NCBI GenBank assembly: GCA_963707655.1
Contig: OY970172.1
Span: 352,001 to 416,000, forward strand
DNA: 64,000 nt
DNA from: an uncultured bacterium
GTDB lineage: Bacteria; Babelota; Babeliae; Babelales; Vermiphilaceae
Reading direction: 5' to 3'
The stretch's first letter is position 1. Each line of letters opens with the position of its first letter. Below are positions 60,045 through 64,000 of the stretch, piece after piece. Made by a program: the position numbers and the translations under genes. The notes under the pieces were generated by a model. The model did not search any database. It had not been told where the DNA came from and was given only the letters and a program-made list of their open reading frames with translations.

Positions 60045-60680
60045 TTATTCTCTGCATCCATGCAAGAGATGATTAAAAAATCCCAATTGAGCGAGTGCTT
60101 CACGCACTTCGAACAATGGCAATCCCATCACCGTAGTATATGAACCATCGATTTTTTTTAGAAATTGTGCGCCAAAGAGCTCAATGGCGACTGCGCCGGA
60201 ACTGGTCAATGCCGGTGCTTTTTCAAGATATATATCGATCCACGCATCAGGAACATCAAAAACATACCGGGCCGTAACTACCTGCTCAATGCGCGCATCT
60301 TTGTGCCACCGGCCGTCACGATATACTTTACGCTCAAGGCAAAAAGCTGTTGCCAGTGTTATTTCATGATCTCTATTCAATGTTATTTTTGCAATCGCAT
60401 CTTCACGATCAATCGGCTTTCCATTTAATCTGCCATTGATATCATTTGACAGCGTATCGGCGGTAAGTACAAAGCAGCAATCACCCTGCGCGCTCTGCGG
60501 CAAAACAACATGATCCATTTTATATGCAGCGATCGCGGCTACTGCTTGGTTAAGTGGCAAATTCCAGTCACACAGTGCTTCATCAGCATCTTGATTGGCT
60601 AAAACAAACGGAATCTGCGCCTCACGCAGCAACACCTGACGAGATTGAGATTTTGAGCCGAGAAAAAGAGTATGTTCCAT
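60045..60680 (-). CDS. maf: Maf-family nucleotide pyrophosphatase
   Basis: LGSKSQSR..LL, ADT, GKP, IDGSYTTVMGLP. Confidence 0.92.
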   Translation of the reverse strand: MEHTLFLGSKSQSRQVLLREAQIPFVLANQDADEALCDWNLPLNQAVAAIAAYKMDHVVLPQSAQGDCCFVLTADTLSNDINGRLNGKPIDREDAIAKITLNRDHEITLATAFCLERKVYRDGRWHKDARIEQVVTARYVFDVPDAWIDIYLEKAPALTSSGAVAIELFGAQFLKKIDGSYTTVMGLPLFEVREALAQLGFFNHLLHGCRE

Positions 60681-60853
60681 AAAAAATCCTATGTTTTCTA
60701 GATATGTAAGCACCGCATACTGCTGCTACATCTAGTATACCGCCTTATCTAGTGCTGTCTTGCATGTCTGTAAATTTTTTCATTATTCTCATTGATTTTT
60801 TTGAAAAACTCTTGCTAGCATAAAAAAGCTTATTATAATCGCCGATTATTTAC

Positions 60854-61846
60854 ATGAGGTGCCTTGTGACCACAGTACACGCAAGACCAATAACTGATTA
60901 TTTAGAGACATGGGGCGGAGTAACGTCCACCGTAGCGCTCGATCCGGCTTGTTCATTATTCCACACTCCCGCTATTGATGGGGTCATTGCGTATCGCGAA
61001 GGACACCACTGCGTAGCAGTAATTGGCGATGTTATGAGCGCACCGCATGATCAACTGCCGTTAGTAGAGGCGTTTAAAAAATTTTGTGACGAGCAAGATA
61101 AAGGGATCGTGTATATCAACATATCAGAACCATTTGCCCATACATTATTTGATAAAAAATATATACACTTTGCTGCTGCGATGGGAAAAGATATTGTACT
61201 CAACCCAGCGATAGACCCTAGGCTAGCGCCCGGGCGTCATGCCTATACTTTGCGTAAAAACCATAATGCTGCCACCCGCCAAGGGTTGACCGTGCATGAA
61301 TACAAAGAGAATGAAATGCATTTGCATGATGAAATGGAACGAGTAAAACTGCTATGGCTCGGCAATCGCAAAGGTCCGCAGGCAACGCTCGCTTCGCAAA
61401 TAGATTTATTCACCTACCGCTCGAACAAACGCCACTTTTATGTATTAAAAGACGATGAGGTCATCGGAGTGTTAATGCTCAACAAGGTTCGCCAAGGATG
61501 GGTTATTTACCTAGCGATGCTCAACCCAACGGCACCGGCCATAACATCTGATATTCTATTTTTACATGCCCTTGATATTTTACGTGAAGAAGGGGCATCT
61601 TTTTTGTCTATGGGTATACCGAGTGCAACTTGTGAACTGATGTTAACGAAAAATAAATTTCACGCATGGATCATAGAACAAAGCTATCCGATTGCCGCAA
61701 AATTTCTCAACTTAAAAAATAAAGAACGTTATTGGGAAAAATTTAACCCGCAAAAAAATCACGTCTTTATAGGAAGCAGCAGAGACAAAATCGGACTAAA
61801 CGAAATAATAACTGTTATGAAAGTTTTTAACAGCACTTTTCAGTAA
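60854..61846 (+). CDS. Stand-alone MprF/aminoacyl-phosphatidylglycerol synthase C-terminal-like domain
   Basis: GVIAYR…VIGD, LVEAFKKFC, LRKNHN.A.RQGL, W, FLSMG, YWEKFNP pattern; no TM domain. Confidence 0.7.
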   Translation: MRCLVTTVHARPITDYLETWGGVTSTVALDPACSLFHTPAIDGVIAYREGHHCVAVIGDVMSAPHDQLPLVEAFKKFCDEQDKGIVYINISEPFAHTLFDKKYIHFAAAMGKDIVLNPAIDPRLAPGRHAYTLRKNHNAATRQGLTVHEYKENEMHLHDEMERVKLLWLGNRKGPQATLASQIDLFTYRSNKRHFYVLKDDEVIGVLMLNKVRQGWVIYLAMLNPTAPAITSDILFLHALDILREEGASFLSMGIPSATCELMLTKNKFHAWIIEQSYPIAAKFLNLKNKERYWEKFNPQKNHVFIGSSRDKIGLNEIITVMKVFNSTFQ

Positions 61847-62188
61847 TTATTTCTGAACATCCGGTACGGTATTATATTCGGCAAAGCGCCATTGCTCACG
61901 GCCATCAATAACTATCGACGAGGCAAACATCTCATAAGGTCTGTCCCAAATAATGGTATCATTTTCAACAGCGTAATAGAGTACGCGTCGCTGCGCATCA
62001 GTAATTTTCGCATAATCATCTATTACGCCGGCTTCTGTATCAACCGCAATAGCAATAACTTTGTAAAGCGCGCCCTTGTAATGTTTATACATTTGACCAA
62101 CCTGAATTGTTCTCATTGTCGTATTACTTTCAGCGAATAATAAAGGTATAGTGCTTATCAAAACAATTAATACTAACGTACGCACCAT
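61847..62188 (-). CDS. DUF1653-like protein with signal peptide
   Basis: YKHYKG..YKV…VLY…WDRPYEMF…RF. Confidence 0.8.
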   Translation of the reverse strand: MVRTLVLIVLISTIPLLFAESNTTMRTIQVGQMYKHYKGALYKVIAIAVDTEAGVIDDYAKITDAQRRVLYYAVENDTIIWDRPYEMFASSIVIDGREQWRFAEYNTVPDVQK

Positions 62189-62491
62189 TACACAATCCCT
62201 ATCTTGTGTAAATTGGCCTGATTGTCTTTTGCTGATGCAGCGCATGAAGACTATATCAATTAATCGCTTTGCGAGCAATTAAAGTTATGCATGCGCCTTG
62301 TTCAATCTTTACATTTCCCCATACTTTTATCATTCGCTTTACAATGCGTTCTCTTTATTATTATTTTTCTATAGTGCCGCAACAAGAGATAACGGTATTA
62401 CACGGCACCGTTAAGGCTTATTGCACTATGATGAGGGGCCGCGCGGTAATAGCGTGGCCCTTTGTCTTTTTGTGCGAGTTGTTTGAAAAAG

Positions 62492-64000
62492 CTAAAAAGA
62501 TAATCCTGATTTCATCCAAACACCACATTGCGAAATAGCAGCGCTTTTGCCGCACATGTCGCGACCGGCCAGCTCAACAAAACCACCAAAGCCCACATAG
62601 GGACTCCAGAAGCATGTTTGTGGCCATGTGTAGCTGCCATGAATAAAAAATTTGTGCGTGAGTGCCTGTTTTTTTTCTTTATCCAAATCAAGATCATTAT
62701 CAGATAAAACTATTGGCTCCAGCGAAATGCGCTGTTGATTGGCTGCAGCAGCAACGAGGCCGGGGGCATAATTAATATAATCAGTAGTATTGGCGATTAC
62801 ATTTGAGGTGACGCCAAACTGCGGATTATCAACGCCGGGATTTTGCATCTGGTTATTTGCGCCGGTGCCAACAAAGCTCGTGCCTATGGGCGTATTGGTT
62901 CCGGCATGAATTGTGGCAGTGCTTTCTGTTGCAGAAAGCGGAATAATGGCGTCTGCACCAATTACTGCATTAGTGGCCCCAAAGCCATAGGTGTACGCGT
63001 CCCCCTTAAGCGCCCATGTACCACTTGCCAGCGCTGTTGAACCAACCATTTTTATTTTATCTTTTGTTTTTATCCAAAAATCATAGCCAAAATCAATTGC
63101 CACACTTTGATGATGCGTGGTGTAGGTAAGCATTGCAGCAATATCTGCCTGGACATCATTACTCACCTTCAAGCAGGCGCTGGTGAGATTGGCAAGGGGT
63201 GTGTATACGTTTTGAAATTGCGCGTTTGGTTGCGTGCTGCTGGCCGTGGGGCCACCACTTGTGTCGCTCCCATTGCCAAATAAGAATGGGCCAACGGGCG
63301 GATTAATTTTTTGCGCGAGCATATATTTGCTTGAGCAGCTATTTTTTATATCCAAGGTACGCTGCTGCCCCGCGGAAAACATGTGGGTAACAATCGCATC
63401 AAGAGAAAAAATCCATGAATTATAATCATCGCACCCATGCCAAAATGCGTAGCGTGAGGTAAAGTAGCCGCCCAGCTCCCAATGATGGCCATTGCCCACG
63501 ATTGGTTGAAAAATAAATTCATCCTTTACGCGTGAGCCGGTTGGCGCAACAACAACTGCTCCCAGACCAACATGATAATCAGCTCGGTTCAAAAAATTCC
63601 AACCGAAGATGGTGTAAATATCGCTTAATTGTGTGGTATTTATAGTTTGGTTTGATGGCAAAGAAAATTTGCTTTTGTCCAACGGCTCAAAGACTACACC
63701 ATCGGCAACATCCAGCGTTGGCACTTTTTCAAAGCCAATGAATTGTCTAAAATTGGTAAGCAGCGCGCTACGCATAACTTCTACCGGCGCAAAATAACCG
63801 GCGGCATAATTATTGGTGCCGGGATTTATTATAGTTTCAATGCAATGCAAGGCGCTGTGAGAATGTACTATGGGCACCTGAATCCATAAAAATAGATTTG
63901 GGCAGAGACAATCAAAGCCAATATAAAAATTGAGATCAAATATAAAAGAGCTCAATTTTGGTTTTATAGAAACAGTGCTTTGATAATCGGTAGGCAAACC
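62492..64000 (-). CDS. Large exported/outer-membrane-like protein, 3' part (start beyond window)
   Basis: Open to the window end; amphipathic beta-strands; C-terminal WMKSGLSF. Confidence 0.7.
   Translation of the reverse strand, partial: GLPTDYQSTVSIKPKLSSFIFDLNFYIGFDCLCPNLFLWIQVPIVHSHSALHCIETIINPGTNNYAAGYFAPVEVMRSALLTNFRQFIGFEKVPTLDVADGVVFEPLDKSKFSLPSNQTINTTQLSDIYTIFGWNFLNRADYHVGLGAVVVAPTGSRVKDEFIFQPIVGNGHHWELGGYFTSRYAFWHGCDDYNSWIFSLDAIVTHMFSAGQQRTLDIKNSCSSKYMLAQKINPPVGPFLFGNGSDTSGGPTASSTQPNAQFQNVYTPLANLTSACLKVSNDVQADIAAMLTYTTHHQSVAIDFGYDFWIKTKDKIKMVGSTALASGTWALKGDAYTYGFGATNAVIGADAIIPLSATESTATIHAGTNTPIGTSFVGTGANNQMQNPGVDNPQFGVTSNVIANTTDYINYAPGLVAAAANQQRISLEPIVLSDNDLDLDKEKKQALTHKFFIHGSYTWPQTCFWSPYVGFGGFVELAGRDMCGKSAAISQCGVWMKSGLSF

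Noticed and set aside
1..64000. tRNA, rRNA or transposase genes
   Set aside because: None recognised by eye; tRNAscan/Infernal would be needed to exclude them fully.

Overview
AT-rich bacterial chromosome segment. The gene content suggests an intracellular parasite of eukaryotes, probably Dependentiae/TM6 (Babelota); this is an inference from many signal-peptide proteins, ankyrin repeats and eukaryote-like domains. Housekeeping genes (ftsW part, murD, ileS, rplI, dnaB, ruvC, recF, dnaN, a Xer recombinase, proS, ymdB, rny, zapA, rplT-rpmI-infC, recA, miaA, carD, dnaK, ychF, hspR, htpX, maf) are interleaved with candidate secreted effectors. Main discovery candidate: a tandem array of six secreted proteins (6647-12929). 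Each has a signal peptide, an acidic region, a basic NLS-like patch and 4-7 tandem ~40-aa C2H2 zinc fingers (34 fingers in all). The fingers vary mainly at the canonical base-contacting positions and appear shuffled between paralogs, suggesting a TALE-like modular nucleic-acid-binding effector system. A second zinc-finger subfamily lies nearby (one intact gene, one pseudogene). Other highlights: a secreted polyproline-WH2-acidic-Trp protein resembling WASP/RickA actin nucleation factors; five secreted RA/ubiquitin-like proteins, each with a copy of a shared promoter/operator; a shared 'A|M[D/x]' signal-cleavage motif; an unannotated 47-aa histone H1-like protein; a candidate anti-Shine-Dalgarno sRNA; and a 1.2-kb strand-asymmetric non-coding region before dnaK. 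All calls were made by eye, with no database searches.
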